64,000 nucleotides of DNA, taken from positions 320,001-384,000 of the forward strand of contig CAWHTE010000003.1 of the NCBI GenBank assembly GCA_963832165.1, read 5' to 3'. Of this stretch, positions 19,528 through 32,556 are shown piece after piece (within the stretch, counting starts at the first letter, position 1; the number at the start of each line of letters is the position of its first letter). This DNA is from an uncultured delta proteobacterium (lineage in GTDB: Bacteria; Myxococcota_A; UBA9160; SMWR01). The translations under genes were made by a program, and so were the position numbers. The notes beneath the pieces are model-generated. The model was not told the origin of the DNA. It searched no databases and saw only the letters and a list, made by a program, of their open reading frames with translations.

Positions 19528-20612
19528 CAGCCCGCGAGCGGGCCCAGCGAGAGCGGCGGATCGTCGGGAGTGCGCACACCGATCTGGCCAATGCGATACG
19601 CGCGCTCCCCCATCGCCTGGACGCGGTCGAGGACGTCGCTGGCCTGCTCCACGGGCACGATCACCACCATGCCGATCCCGCAGTTGAACACGCGCAGCAT
19701 CTCGTCGTCGTCGATGCTGCCGCGCTGCTGCAGCCAGCCGAAGATCGGGGGCCGCGGCCAGCGCGTCGGATCGATCCGCGCTTGGACGCCCTTCGGCAGC
19801 ACACGCGGCACGTTGCCCGGGAAGCCGCCGCCCGTGATGTGCGCCACGCCGTTGATCGTGAAGTCGCGCATCAGGTTCAGGATCGTGCGCACGTAGATGC
19901 GCGTCGGCGCGAGCAGCGCGCTCGCGAGCGTCGTGTTGAGCTCGGCGTTCTCCGCGCGCAGGTCGATCTCGCCCGAGCTCAGGCCCGGCTCGATGATGCT
20001 GCGCACGAGGCTGTAGCCGTTGCTGTGGCAGCCCGACGACGCCAGTCCCAGGATCACGTCGCCCTGGCCGATCGTCGATCCGTCGATCAGTCGATCGCGC
20101 TCCACGACCCCCACGCCGAATCCGACGAGCTCGACTTCGCCGTCGGCGTAGACCCCCGGCATCGTGGCGGTCTCGCCGCCGAGCAGCGCGCACCCCGCGC
20201 GCCGGCAGCCCTCGGCCATCCCGCGCAGCGCCTGGCGCGCGCGCGACCGGTCGAGCTTCGACATCGCCACGTAGTCGAGGAACACGAGCGGTTCGGCGCC
20301 CTGCACAATGAGGTCGTTGACCACCATCGCCACGCAGTCGATGCCGACCGTGTCGAAGCGGTCGAGCGCGGCGGCGAGCTTGAGCTTGGTGCCGACCCCG
20401 TCCGCGCTCGCCACGAAGATCGGGTTCTCGTAGCGTTCGGGGGCCTTGAACAGGCCCGCAAAGCCGCCGATCGACGACAGGATCTCGGGCCGCAGGGTCG
20501 AGCGCGTGATCTCGCGGATCTCGTCCACGAATCCCTCGTCGTGGTCGAGGTCGACCCCGGAGGCCGCGTAGCTCGGAGCGCTGCGCGCTCCGGTGTCGTC
20601 GGTGCTGCTCAC
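19527..20612 (-). CDS. purM: Phosphoribosylformylglycinamidine cyclo-ligase
   Basis: YAASGVD, GGFAG, DGVGTKL, LLGGETA, SSGCHSNGYSL, HITGGG and FNCGIG motifs. Confidence 0.96.
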   Translation of the reverse strand: MSSTDDTGARSAPSYAASGVDLDHDEGFVDEIREITRSTLRPEILSSIGGFAGLFKAPERYENPIFVASADGVGTKLKLAAALDRFDTVGIDCVAMVVNDLIVQGAEPLVFLDYVAMSKLDRSRARQALRGMAEGCRRAGCALLGGETATMPGVYADGEVELVGFGVGVVERDRLIDGSTIGQGDVILGLASSGCHSNGYSLVRSIIEPGLSSGEIDLRAENAELNTTLASALLAPTRIYVRTILNLMRDFTINGVAHITGGGFPGNVPRVLPKGVQARIDPTRWPRPPIFGWLQQRGSIDDDEMLRVFNCGIGMVVIVPVEQASDVLDRVQAMGERAYRIGQIGVRTPDDPPLSLGPLAG

Positions 20613-20674
20613 GACGGCGATGGATAGGCGAGCGGGCCTCGGAGCGCAATCGGCGTCCATGCTATCGTCGCTCG

Positions 20675-21349
20675 GTGAAGCTCTCGGTGGTGATTCCGAC
20701 GCTGGACGAGGCGGATCGCATCGAGACAGCAATCCGAGGCGCCCTCGACGCGCCAGCAACCGTGGAAGTCATCGTCGTCGATGGCGGAAGCTCCGATGCG
20801 ACAACCCGCCTCGCGGCGGCCGCGGGTGCGCGCGTTCTCGCGTGCGAGCGCGGGCGCGCGCGCCAGCTCCGGGCTGGGGTGAGCGCGAGCACCGGCGACG
20901 TCGTGGTGCTGCTCCACGCCGACACGCAGCTTCCGCACGACTGGACGTCGGCGGTCGAGCAGGCGCTGCGCGACCCGCGCGTGGTCGCAGGGGCGTTTCG
21001 CCTTCGCTTCGACGAGCAGTCGCTCGTGTTCCGCTTCATCGAGTTCGGCGCGCGACTGCGGGCCGGCCTGCTCCGGCTGCCGTACGGCGATCAGGCGCTG
21101 TTCTTCCGGCGCCGCGCGCTCGAGGCGATCGGCGGGATCCCCGAGGTGCCGCTGATGGAGGATCTCGATCTCGTGCACCGGATCAAGCGCGAGGGGCGCC
21201 TCGCGCTCTTGTCTGCGCCCGCGGTCACGTCGGCGCGCCGCTACCGCGCGCGCGGTCCGCTGCGCACGATGCTGCGGAACTGGCTCGCCGCGACCGCCTG
21301 GACGCTCGGCGTCGACCGGGCTCGCATCGCTCACTGGGTGGGGCGGTGA
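20675..21349 (+). CDS. Glycosyltransferase family 2, TIGR04283-like
   Basis: SVVIPTLDE, VDGGSSD, GRARQL, LHADT, YGDQALF, PLMED and TSARRY motifs. Confidence 0.85.
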   Translation: MKLSVVIPTLDEADRIETAIRGALDAPATVEVIVVDGGSSDATTRLAAAAGARVLACERGRARQLRAGVSASTGDVVVLLHADTQLPHDWTSAVEQALRDPRVVAGAFRLRFDEQSLVFRFIEFGARLRAGLLRLPYGDQALFFRRRALEAIGGIPEVPLMEDLDLVHRIKREGRLALLSAPAVTSARRYRARGPLRTMLRNWLAATAWTLGVDRARIAHWVGR

Positions 21350-23151
21350 GCGGGGCGCCGCCCGCGCCGCAGAGCATCCGGCCGGCGCTGCGCCGGCTCG
21401 CGGGCTACGTCCGCCACAGCGGCCGCTTCTACGCCGTGTGGGTGCTCGTGACGTTCGGCTACGTCGCGGGCTTCGTGGCGGTTCCGATGCTGGTCGGCTG
21501 GTGCGTCAGTGCGGTCGCCCACGGACTCCCCGCCGACGAGATCGCGCGCCGCGTCGCGTGGCTCGGGGTCGCGACCGGCGCGCGCGCCTTGCTCCGCTAC
21601 TTCTCGCGCACACTCGTGTTCAACGCCGCGCGCCAGGTCGAGTACGAGCTGCGCGACGACATCTTCGCCCACCTGCAGCGGTTGCCGCAGAGCTTCTACT
21701 TCCGCTGGCGCACCGGCGACATCATGAGCCGGTGCGTGAACGACATCAACGCGGTGCGGCTGTTGATGGGCGTGGGCCTGCTCAACCTGCTCCAGACGCC
21801 CGTGCTCTACGCCGCGGTGATCGGCGCGATGATGATGGTGAACGCGCGGCTCGCCTTCCTCGTGCTCCTGCCTTACCCGCTCTTCATCCTGATCGCGCGC
21901 GCGTTCGGCCGCTCCATCCACCACTGGAGTCTGCTCACGCAGGAGGGCCTCGCGGAGGCCAGCAACCAGCTCCAGGAGACGATCTCGGGAATCGCAGTGG
22001 TGAAGGCCTATGCGATGGAGCCCGTCACCGCGCGGCGCTTCGAGGCGGTGAATCAGGAGCTGTACCGGCGCGAGCTCGGGCTCGTGCGCAGCAACGCGGC
22101 GATGCCCGCGATCACGGGCACGCTGCCCGCGCTCGCGATGGGTGTGATCCTGCTCGTGGGCGGCCGCGACATCGTGTCGGGCCGCATGGCGGTGGCCGAC
22201 TTCTTCACGTTCGCGATGTACGTCTACGAGCTGACCTTCCCGACCTTCATCATGGGCTGGGTGGTCGCGCTCGTGCAGCGCGGCGCCGCGTCGATGCAGC
22301 GCATCGACGAGCTGCTGCGCGAGCAGCCGACGATCGCGGACCACCCCGAAGCCGTACCGCTCAGCGCGCTGCGCGGCGAGATCGAGTTCCGGAACCTGAC
22401 GGTCTCGTACGCGAGCGATCCCGCTCGCGAGCCCGCGCTGCGCGACATCGATCTGCGCGTGCCCGCGGGCAGCACGCTTGGCGTGGTCGGCACCGTGGGC
22501 GCGGGCAAGACCACGCTCGCGTCGCTCGTGCCGCGCCTCTTCGAAGTCGCGGACGGGCAGCTCTTCGTCGACGGCGTCGACATCAACCGCGTGCCGCTCG
22601 CCACGCTGCGCCGGCACATCGCGATGGTGCCGCAGGAGGCGTTCCTGTTCTCGACCACGCTCGCCGAGAACATCGCGTTCGGCCGCCCCGACGCGACGCG
22701 CGCAGATGTGGAGCGCGCGGCGCTGCGCGCGCAGCTCGCGAAGGACGTCGTCGATCTGCCCGATGGCTACGACACGATCGTGGGCGAGCGCGGCGTGATG
22801 CTCTCGGGCGGCCAGCGCCAGCGCACTGCGCTCGCGCGCGCGCTGCTGCTCGACCCCGCGATCCTGATCCTCGACGACACGCTCTCGGCGGTCGACGCCG
22901 AGACCGAGGCGGCGATCCAGCGCGAGCTCGAGGGCGTGTACGCGGGGCGCACGGTGGTGATCGTGTCGTCGCAGGTCAGCGCGGTGCGCGGTGCCGACCA
23001 GATCGTCGTGCTCGACGGCGGCCGGATCGTCGAGCGCGGGCGCCACGCCGAGCTCCTGGCCGCGGGCGGGCTCTACGCGCGGCTCGCCGAGGAGCAGGCG
23101 CGCCGCGACGACCGCGAGCTCGATCTCGCGGTAGCGGGGCTGTCGGCATGA
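21346..23151 (+). CDS. Heterodimeric ABC exporter subunit with a degenerate ATPase site
   Basis: TM domain, GTVGAGKT and LSGGQRQR. Walker B reads LILDD (no catalytic Glu) and the switch reads VSSQ (no His). Confidence 0.9.
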   Translation: MSGAPPAPQSIRPALRRLAGYVRHSGRFYAVWVLVTFGYVAGFVAVPMLVGWCVSAVAHGLPADEIARRVAWLGVATGARALLRYFSRTLVFNAARQVEYELRDDIFAHLQRLPQSFYFRWRTGDIMSRCVNDINAVRLLMGVGLLNLLQTPVLYAAVIGAMMMVNARLAFLVLLPYPLFILIARAFGRSIHHWSLLTQEGLAEASNQLQETISGIAVVKAYAMEPVTARRFEAVNQELYRRELGLVRSNAAMPAITGTLPALAMGVILLVGGRDIVSGRMAVADFFTFAMYVYELTFPTFIMGWVVALVQRGAASMQRIDELLREQPTIADHPEAVPLSALRGEIEFRNLTVSYASDPAREPALRDIDLRVPAGSTLGVVGTVGAGKTTLASLVPRLFEVADGQLFVDGVDINRVPLATLRRHIAMVPQEAFLFSTTLAENIAFGRPDATRADVERAALRAQLAKDVVDLPDGYDTIVGERGVMLSGGQRQRTALARALLLDPAILILDDTLSAVDAETEAAIQRELEGVYAGRTVVIVSSQVSAVRGADQIVVLDGGRIVERGRHAELLAAGGLYARLAEEQARRDDRELDLAVAGLSA

Positions 23152-25094
23152 GTGCGGCGGCTCCGCGCGCGCCGATTCGCGACGCGCTGTTCGAGGAGGA
23201 GGCGCTCGGCAAGGCTTACGACGCGCGCCTCGCGCGGCGCTTGTGGCGCTACGTCTCGCCGTATCGCGCGCAGGTGCTCGTCACGGTGCTGATGCTGTTC
23301 CCGCTGATGTTCTTCGAGCTCGCACCTGCGTGGATCATCAAGACCGGAATCGACCGCGAGATCGTCCCGCGCGCGGTCGGCACCGTGCCGGCGCCGGTCG
23401 TGTGGCCGCCCGCGCCTGCGCTGGTTCCCGAGTTCGCATGGTCGCTCGCAGGCCGCGCCTTCGAGGTTGCGAGCGGCTGGCTCGAGGCGCCCGCGTCGAT
23501 CCCGCCGCTCTGGTGGCTCGCCGGGATCTACTTCGTGGTGACCGCGCTCTCGAGCGTCGTCTCCTACGTCGATCCGCTCGTGATGTCGCGCACGGGTCAG
23601 GCCGCGATGCGCGACCTGCGCCGCGAGGTGTTCGCCCACATCCAACGCCTGCACCTGGGCTTCTTCGACACGATGCCGGTGGGGCGGCTCGTCACGCGCG
23701 CCACGAACGACGTCGAGAACGTCTCCGAGATGTTCTCGGCGGGCATCGCAGCGCTCGTGCGGGATGTGTTCAAGATGATCGGGCTCGCGATCGCGCTGTT
23801 CTGCATCGACGCCCGGCTGGCCGGATTCACCTTCGTCGTGGTCCCGCTGCTCGCGGTCGGGGCGATCGTGTTCCGCTGGAAGGTGCGCGAGGCGTTCCGT
23901 GCCGTGCGCGTACGGATCGCGCGCATCAACGCCTATCTCCAGGAGAACGTGGTCGGTATGAAGGTGGTGCAGCTGTTCACGCGCGAAGAGCGGAGCTTCC
24001 GCGACTTCGACGCGATGAATGCCGATCACCGCGACGCCTGGCTCCAGTCGATCCGCTACGACTCGGCGCTATTCGCGGTGGTCGAGTTCGCATCCGGGAT
24101 CACGATCGCGCTCGTGATCTGGCAGGGCGCCGGCTACGCCGCTGCCGGCACGATCTACCTGTTCATCGATTGGACCCGTCGCTTCTTCCTGCCGCTGCGC
24201 GATCTGTCCGCAAAGTACTCCGTGATGCAGTCGTCGATGGCGAGTGCCGAGCGCATCTTCCAGCTGCTCGACACGCCGCCTGCGGTGCTGGATCCGCCCT
24301 CGGCGGCGAGCCCGATCGCACCCGCGGAACGACGCGGTGTGGTCGAGTTCGATCGCGTCTGGTTCTCGTACCGCGGCGACGACGATTGGGTGCTGCGCGA
24401 CGTGTCATTCCGAGTCGAGGCCGGACAGAGTGCGGCGTTCGTGGGCGCGACCGGCGCTGGGAAGACGACGATCATCAAGCTGCTCACGCGGCTCTACGAC
24501 GTGAACCGGGGCAGCATCCGGATCGACGGAGTCGACCTGCGCGAGTGGCCGCAGAGCGAGCTGCGCCGGCGCGTCGCGATGGTGCTCCAGGACGTCTTCC
24601 TGTTCAGCGGCACGATCGAGGAGAACCTGTCGCTGTATCGCGACGAGATCGACCACGAGCGCGTGCAGCGCGCCGCGAGCGCGGTGCAGGCGGATCGCTT
24701 CATCGCGCGGCTGCCGCGCGGCTATGCCACCGAGGTGCGCGAGCGCGGCACCAATCTCTCCGCAGGTCAGCGCCAGCTGCTCTCGTTCGCGCGCGCGCTC
24801 ACGCACGGCGCGGACGTGCTCGTGCTGGACGAGGCCACGAGCGCGATCGACAGAGAGACCGAGGCGCTCCTGCAGCAGGGCATCCACGTGCTGATGCAGA
24901 GCAAGACGGCGCTCGTGATCGCCCACCGGCTGTCGACGATCCAGGACGCCGACTGCATCCACGTGCTCCACAGGGGGCAGCTCGTCGAGTCGGGCACCCA
25001 CGACGAGCTGATGGCCCGCGGAGGGGTCTACCAGCGGCTCTATCGCCTCCAGTACGCCGACCAGGCTGCGCCACTCGCGGTCGCCGGCGCATAA
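23148..25094 (+). CDS. Heterodimeric ABC exporter subunit with consensus catalytic residues
   Basis: GATGAGKT, LSAGQRQL, LDEATS and IAHRLST motifs; ATGA coupling to the preceding subunit. Confidence 0.9.
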   Translation: MSAAAPRAPIRDALFEEEALGKAYDARLARRLWRYVSPYRAQVLVTVLMLFPLMFFELAPAWIIKTGIDREIVPRAVGTVPAPVVWPPAPALVPEFAWSLAGRAFEVASGWLEAPASIPPLWWLAGIYFVVTALSSVVSYVDPLVMSRTGQAAMRDLRREVFAHIQRLHLGFFDTMPVGRLVTRATNDVENVSEMFSAGIAALVRDVFKMIGLAIALFCIDARLAGFTFVVVPLLAVGAIVFRWKVREAFRAVRVRIARINAYLQENVVGMKVVQLFTREERSFRDFDAMNADHRDAWLQSIRYDSALFAVVEFASGITIALVIWQGAGYAAAGTIYLFIDWTRRFFLPLRDLSAKYSVMQSSMASAERIFQLLDTPPAVLDPPSAASPIAPAERRGVVEFDRVWFSYRGDDDWVLRDVSFRVEAGQSAAFVGATGAGKTTIIKLLTRLYDVNRGSIRIDGVDLREWPQSELRRRVAMVLQDVFLFSGTIEENLSLYRDEIDHERVQRAASAVQADRFIARLPRGYATEVRERGTNLSAGQRQLLSFARALTHGADVLVLDEATSAIDRETEALLQQGIHVLMQSKTALVIAHRLSTIQDADCIHVLHRGQLVESGTHDELMARGGVYQRLYRLQYADQAAPLAVAGA

Positions 25095-25276
25095 CGCGCT
25101 CGAAAATCGGGACTTTTTCGGCTTGGAGGTTGGCGTCTCCGTCGGAGCGGTGGTAAACCTCCGGCACCCCCCTAGCCTTTCCAATTCCCCGATCGCGCGG
25201 TCGCGCGGACGCGGCTTGCAGGAGCTGCAGTCCGCTCGCGCACTCGGCGCGGCCGTGGGGAACCAGGTGAGGTCAG

Positions 25277-28200
25277 GTGCGGCTCAAGTCACTGGAACTC
25301 CACGGCTTCAAGTCGTTCATCGACCGGACCGTGGTCTCGTTCGGGCCGGGCATCACCGGGGTCGTGGGCCCCAACGGCTGCGGCAAGTCCAACGTCGTGG
25401 ACGCGATGCGCTGGGTGATGGGTGAGCAGGCGCCGCGCCGGCTGCGCGGAAGAGGCATGGAGGACGTGATCTTCGCGGGCTCCGAGGGGCTCGCCCCCGT
25501 GGGGATGGCCGAGGTCACGCTCTCGTTCGACAACCACGACGGGACGGCGCCGCCCGCGTTCGCCGCCTACTCGGAGATCCAGATCTCGCGCCGGCTCTAC
25601 CGCACGGGCGAGTCCGAGTACCGCTTGAACCGCACCCTGTGCCGCCTGCGCGACGTGCAGGACTTCTTCCGCGACACCGGCATCGGCACCAAGGGCTACA
25701 CGATCGTGGAGCAGGGGAAGATCGCCGAGATCGTGTCGGCGAAGGCCGAAGAGCGCCGCTCGCTGATCGAGGAAGCGGCCGGGATCGGCAAGTACAAGGC
25801 GCGCCGGCGCGAGGCCGAGTCCAAGATCGAGGCGACGGAGCAGAACCTGCTCCGCGTGAACGACATCCTCACCGAGATCCGGCGCCAGATCAGCTCGATC
25901 GAGCGCCAGGCCAAGAAGGCCGCCCGCTACAAGCGGCTGCGTGAAACGCTGCGCGTGCTCGAGCTCTCGCTCGCGGCCGACGATCGCCGCGAGCTCGCGC
26001 TCGCGGTAGGCGCAGCGCGACAGGACCTCCAGCGCCAGCGCGACACGGCTACCGCGCGCGAGACCCAGCTCGCCGAGCGCGAGCTCTCCGTGCAGGCGAA
26101 GCGCCTCGAGCTCGGCGAATGCGAGCGGATCCTCACCCAGGGCAGCGAGGCGCTGCTCGCACTGCGCGGCGACATCAAGGAGTGCGAGGGCCAGATCGAG
26201 TACGGCCGACGCGAGCGCGAGTCGCTCGCGGCGCTGGTCGCGGCGCGCGGTGGCGAGCTCGGCGAGCTGCGCGAGCAGCGCGCCGCTCACGGCCGCGATC
26301 TCGCCCAGGTCGACGAGGAGCTGGCCTCGGTCGACCGCGCGGTGGCGTCGGGCGCCGAGTCGCTCGCGCGCGCCGAGGCCGAGGTGCGCGAGGCCCGTTC
26401 GAGCCTCGCGGGCTGCGAGCGCGACCGCGAGACGGCCAACACGGCGCTCGTGAACGTGCTCACGTCGATCGCGCGCGCGGAGGATCGCCTCGCGGCGGTC
26501 GAGGATCGGCGCGCCGAGCTCGAGGCGCGCCTGCGCAGCGCCGACGAGGTGCTCGAGATCGGGCAGGGCGAGGCACATCGAGCGGACCGCGCGCAGCACG
26601 ACCTCGAGGAGGGCCTGCGCAACCTGCTGGCCGAGCGCGATCGCATGATGCACGCGCTGCGCGTCGCGCTCGAGAGCCACGATGCCGCCGTGGCGGCCGA
26701 GAGCTCCGCCGACATCGCAATGCGCGACGCGCGCGAGGAGGTCGAGCGCAAGCGCGCCCGGCTCGTGTCGCTGCGCGAGGTGCTCCAGCGCGGCGAGGAC
26801 GTCGCCGCGGGTACGCGCCACCTGCTCGAGCGCGACGAGGTCACGCGCCATCGCCTCGGGCTGCGGGGCCTCGTGCGCGATCTGATCGAAGCCGATCGCG
26901 AGGTCGAGCGCGCCGTCGAGGTTGCGCTCGCCGATCGCGCGGAGGCGCTCGTGGTGGATGCGCCGGCGGGCGCGGTGTCCGCGCTCGAGCTGTTGCACGC
27001 GGGCCGCGCGGGCCGCGCCGTGTTCGTGACCGCGGCGTCGCGCACGCCGGACGCGTCGGGCTTCGTTCCGCTCGGCGTGCCGCTGCTCGATCGGGTACGC
27101 CTGCGCGCGGGTCACGAGGATCTGCTGCGCGGGATGCTCGCGGGTGTCTACCTCGTCGACGATCTCGCCGAAGTGCTGCGCGTCTACGGCGGCGGCCGGA
27201 TTCCCGCGACTTTCGTCACGGCGAACGGCGATCTACTCGCACCGGACGGCGTGATCCGCGGCGGCTCGGGCAGCGCGGGCGGCCATCTCGAGCGCGCCCG
27301 CGAGACCCGCGAGCTCGATCTCGAAGTGGCGCAGCTCGAATCGCGCGTGGCCGAGCGCGGCAACGCACATCGCGCCGCGCGCGCCGCGCTCGCGGCCGCG
27401 AGTGACGAGCTCGAGAATCTGCGCAACCGCCACCACACGGCCGCGCTCGCGGTCGCCAATCACGAGAAGGATCTCGAGCGCACGCGCGAGCGCGTCAAGG
27501 CGCTCGGCGAGGTGCACGAGGGTCGCCGCAGCGAGCGGTCGGATCTGGTCGCCGAGCTCGACTCGTTGGCCCAGGAGTCGGTGCGGCTCCAGAGCTCGCT
27601 CGACGGCGCGCGCGCGGACCGCACCGAGCAGCAGCGCTCGCTCGACGCGCTCGCGCTCCGGATCGGATCGTCCGGTCGCGAGGTGTCTCGGCTCGAGAGC
27701 GTTGCGACGGAGCGGCGCGTGGAGCACGGCGGGCGCGCCGCGCAGCGCGATCGCCTGGGCGCCGTGCGCGAGCGCGCAGCTGGCTCGCTCGCCGAGTCCG
27801 AGAGCTGGATCGCGCGCCGCGAGACCGAGATCCGCGAGGCCGAGGCGCGCCGCGTCGAGCTCGCGAGCAGCATCGAGGCCGCGCGCGCGCGGCTCGAGCA
27901 GCAGCTGCGCGAGGAAGAGGCGGCGCGCATGGGCCACGACGCGAAGCGCGAGGCCTTCGAGCGCGTGTCGGGAGAGGTCTCGTCGCTCGAGGAGGCAGCG
28001 CGCGAGCTGCGCACCTCGATCGGCCGCGAGCGCGATGCGCTCTCGCAAGCCGAGCTGGCACTGCGCGAGCGCGAGCTCCGGATCGCGCATCTCGACGAGT
28101 CGATCCGCGAGAAGTGGAGCGTCGAGATCGCGAGCTGGGAGCCTCCCTCCGTCGACGCTGCCGAAGCGGCTCAGCCGCCGGCGCCGGTGGTGTCCCAGTC

Positions 28201-28942
28201 CGCGGCCCTGGGCGACGCGGTCGCGGGTGAAGAGGAGGAGGAGACGCCCGATGCCGCGCGCGACGCGCGCGCGAACGCGCTGCTCGCGCGCGCGCCGGTC
28301 GCCGAGCGCCGCCTGCAGCTCGACGAGGTGCGCAAGAAGCTCCAGGCGCTCGGAGACGTCAATCTCGGCGCGATCGAGGAGCACGAGGAGCTGAAGGAGC
28401 GCTTCCGGTTCCTCGCCGACCAGAAGGGCGATCTCGAGACCACGCTGACGTCACTGCGCGATGCGATCGCGCGGATCAACCGCACGAGCCGCCGCCGCTT
28501 CCGCGAGACGTTCGAGGCCGTGAGCAAGCGCTTCTCCGAGAACTTCCCGCGCCTGTTCCGCGGCGGGCGCGCGAGCCTCGCGCTCACCGAGAACGAGGAC
28601 GTACTCGAGGCCGGCATCGAGATCATGGCGTCTCCGCCCGGCAAGCGCCTGCAGAACGTGAATCTGCTCTCGGGCGGCGAGAAGACGCTGACCGCGATCG
28701 CGCTGCTCGTCGCGGTGTTCCAGGTGCGGCCGTCTCCGTTCTTCCTGCTCGACGAGGTGGACGCCGCGCTCGACGACGCCAACGTGGGGCGCTTCAACGA
28801 GATGGTCTCCGAGCTCGCCCACGACTCGCAGTTCGTCCTGATCACGCACAACAAGCGCACGATCGAAGTCGCCGACGTCCTGTACGGCGTGACGATGGAG
28901 CGCCGGGGCGTGTCGAAGATCGTCGCGGTCGAGATGCACTGA
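25277..28942 (+). CDS. smc: Chromosome segregation protein SMC
   Basis: GFKSF, GPNGCGKSN, long coiled coils and hinge, LLSGGEK, LDEVDAALD, ITHN; 1221 aa. Confidence 0.97.
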   Translation: MRLKSLELHGFKSFIDRTVVSFGPGITGVVGPNGCGKSNVVDAMRWVMGEQAPRRLRGRGMEDVIFAGSEGLAPVGMAEVTLSFDNHDGTAPPAFAAYSEIQISRRLYRTGESEYRLNRTLCRLRDVQDFFRDTGIGTKGYTIVEQGKIAEIVSAKAEERRSLIEEAAGIGKYKARRREAESKIEATEQNLLRVNDILTEIRRQISSIERQAKKAARYKRLRETLRVLELSLAADDRRELALAVGAARQDLQRQRDTATARETQLAERELSVQAKRLELGECERILTQGSEALLALRGDIKECEGQIEYGRRERESLAALVAARGGELGELREQRAAHGRDLAQVDEELASVDRAVASGAESLARAEAEVREARSSLAGCERDRETANTALVNVLTSIARAEDRLAAVEDRRAELEARLRSADEVLEIGQGEAHRADRAQHDLEEGLRNLLAERDRMMHALRVALESHDAAVAAESSADIAMRDAREEVERKRARLVSLREVLQRGEDVAAGTRHLLERDEVTRHRLGLRGLVRDLIEADREVERAVEVALADRAEALVVDAPAGAVSALELLHAGRAGRAVFVTAASRTPDASGFVPLGVPLLDRVRLRAGHEDLLRGMLAGVYLVDDLAEVLRVYGGGRIPATFVTANGDLLAPDGVIRGGSGSAGGHLERARETRELDLEVAQLESRVAERGNAHRAARAALAAASDELENLRNRHHTAALAVANHEKDLERTRERVKALGEVHEGRRSERSDLVAELDSLAQESVRLQSSLDGARADRTEQQRSLDALALRIGSSGREVSRLESVATERRVEHGGRAAQRDRLGAVRERAAGSLAESESWIARRETEIREAEARRVELASSIEAARARLEQQLREEEAARMGHDAKREAFERVSGEVSSLEEAARELRTSIGRERDALSQAELALRERELRIAHLDESIREKWSVEIASWEPPSVDAAEAAQPPAPVVSQSAALGDAVAGEEEEETPDAARDARANALLARAPVAERRLQLDEVRKKLQALGDVNLGAIEEHEELKERFRFLADQKGDLETTLTSLRDAIARINRTSRRRFRETFEAVSKRFSENFPRLFRGGRASLALTENEDVLEAGIEIMASPPGKRLQNVNLLSGGEKTLTAIALLVAVFQVRPSPFFLLDEVDAALDDANVGRFNEMVSELAHDSQFVLITHNKRTIEVADVLYGVTMERRGVSKIVAVEMH

Positions 28943-29001
28943 TCGCGCGCGCGTGAGCGCGCGCCCGTCGGCCCGCGACGGAGTGGTATGTTCCGCGCCC
29001 G

Positions 29002-30129
29002 ATGGACACAGGGCTCTGGAACGAGATCGCCGCGTGGCTCGCTTCGAATCCGATCGAGGCGGCCTCGGCCGTGCTCGCTGCGCTCGCGTGCGGAGTCGCT
29101 GCGGTGCTGGTGCGGCGACGCCGCGATCGGGGTGCCGAGCAGACGCCTGCTAGCGCGGCGGCGCCTGCCGCCGAGGCTGCGGCCGAGCCCGCGCGCGAGC
29201 CGGCCGCCGCTCCCGTCGCTCCCGCCGCCGCGCCCGCGAAGCTGCGCGACCGCCTGCGCCGCACGAGCGATGCGCTCGTCGGCGGGCTCGGGAAGCTTCT
29301 CGGCGCGGGCAGCGTCGACGACGCGTTGCTCGATCAGCTCGAAGAGCTGCTCCTGCACGCCGATCTCGGCGTGAAGACCGCCACCGAACTGCTCGAGCGC
29401 GTGCGGCGGGAGGGGCGAGGTCGCGATGCGTCGGCCGTGCGCGAGATCCTGCGCGATGCGATCGCCGAGAAGCTGCGCCGCGTCGAGTCGGGCACCGGGC
29501 TCGCGTTGGCGGCGAAGCCACATGTCGTGCTCGTGCTCGGAGTGAACGGATCCGGCAAGACCACCACGATCGGCAAGCTCGCCGCGCGACACGCAGCCGC
29601 GGGACACACGGTGTTGTTGGGCGCTGCCGACACCTTTCGCGCTGCGGCGATCGAGCAGCTCCAGGCCTGGGGCGAGCGGGCCGGATGCGAGGTGATCGCG
29701 GGCCGGCAGGGCGGGGATCCGTCCGCGGTGGCGTTCGACACCGTGAAGGCCGCGCTCGCTCGCGGCGCCGACGTGGCGATCATCGACACGGCGGGTCGCC
29801 TGCAGACGAAGAAGCCGCTCATGGAGGAGCTCGCGAAGCTCGCGCGCGTGATCGGGCGCGACGTTGCCGGGGCTCCGCACGAGACGCTGCTCGTGCTCGA
29901 CGCGAACACGGGTCAGAACGCGCTCTCCCAGGCGAAGCTGTTCACCGAGGTCGCACCGGTCACGGGGCTCGTGCTCACGAAGCTCGACGGCACCGCGCGC
30001 GGTGGCGTGATCGTGGGACTCGCCGACGAATTCGGGATCCCGGTGCGCTTCGTCGGGGTCGGGGAGGGGGTCGAGGACCTGCGCGACTTCGCGGCCGACG
30101 AGTTCGTGGACGCGCTCTTCGCGAGCTGA
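29002..30129 (+). CDS. ftsY: Signal recognition particle receptor FtsY, with an N-terminal hydrophobic segment
   Basis: [31 protein letters not shown] and GVGE motifs. Confidence 0.96.
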   Translation: MDTGLWNEIAAWLASNPIEAASAVLAALACGVAAVLVRRRRDRGAEQTPASAAAPAAEAAAEPAREPAAAPVAPAAAPAKLRDRLRRTSDALVGGLGKLLGAGSVDDALLDQLEELLLHADLGVKTATELLERVRREGRGRDASAVREILRDAIAEKLRRVESGTGLALAAKPHVVLVLGVNGSGKTTTIGKLAARHAAAGHTVLLGAADTFRAAAIEQLQAWGERAGCEVIAGRQGGDPSAVAFDTVKAALARGADVAIIDTAGRLQTKKPLMEELAKLARVIGRDVAGAPHETLLVLDANTGQNALSQAKLFTEVAPVTGLVLTKLDGTARGGVIVGLADEFGIPVRFVGVGEGVEDLRDFAADEFVDALFAS

Positions 30130-32448
<2,319 letters not shown>

Positions 32449-32471
32449 CCGCGATCCCCGAATAGAGCGCG

Positions 32472-32530
32472 GTTTGATGAACAAACTGCTTGTGATTCGC
32501 TTGACGAACGCGAGAAGGATCGCTTATGTA
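32472..32530 (+). promoter_or_regulatory. Palindrome and candidate promoter upstream of lrp-gltBD
   Basis: GTTTG-ATGAA-CAAAC at 32472-32486; TTGACG at 32501; AT-rich TTATGTATT about 17 nt later. Confidence 0.4.
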
Positions 32531-32556
32531 TTCGGCGCTGAAGCGGGGCCAGCCTA

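Noticed and set aside
25277..28942. SMC as part of a Wadjet/Mks defence system
   Set aside because: It is a canonical full-length SMC in the common smc-ftsY context, with no jetABD or mksEF genes.
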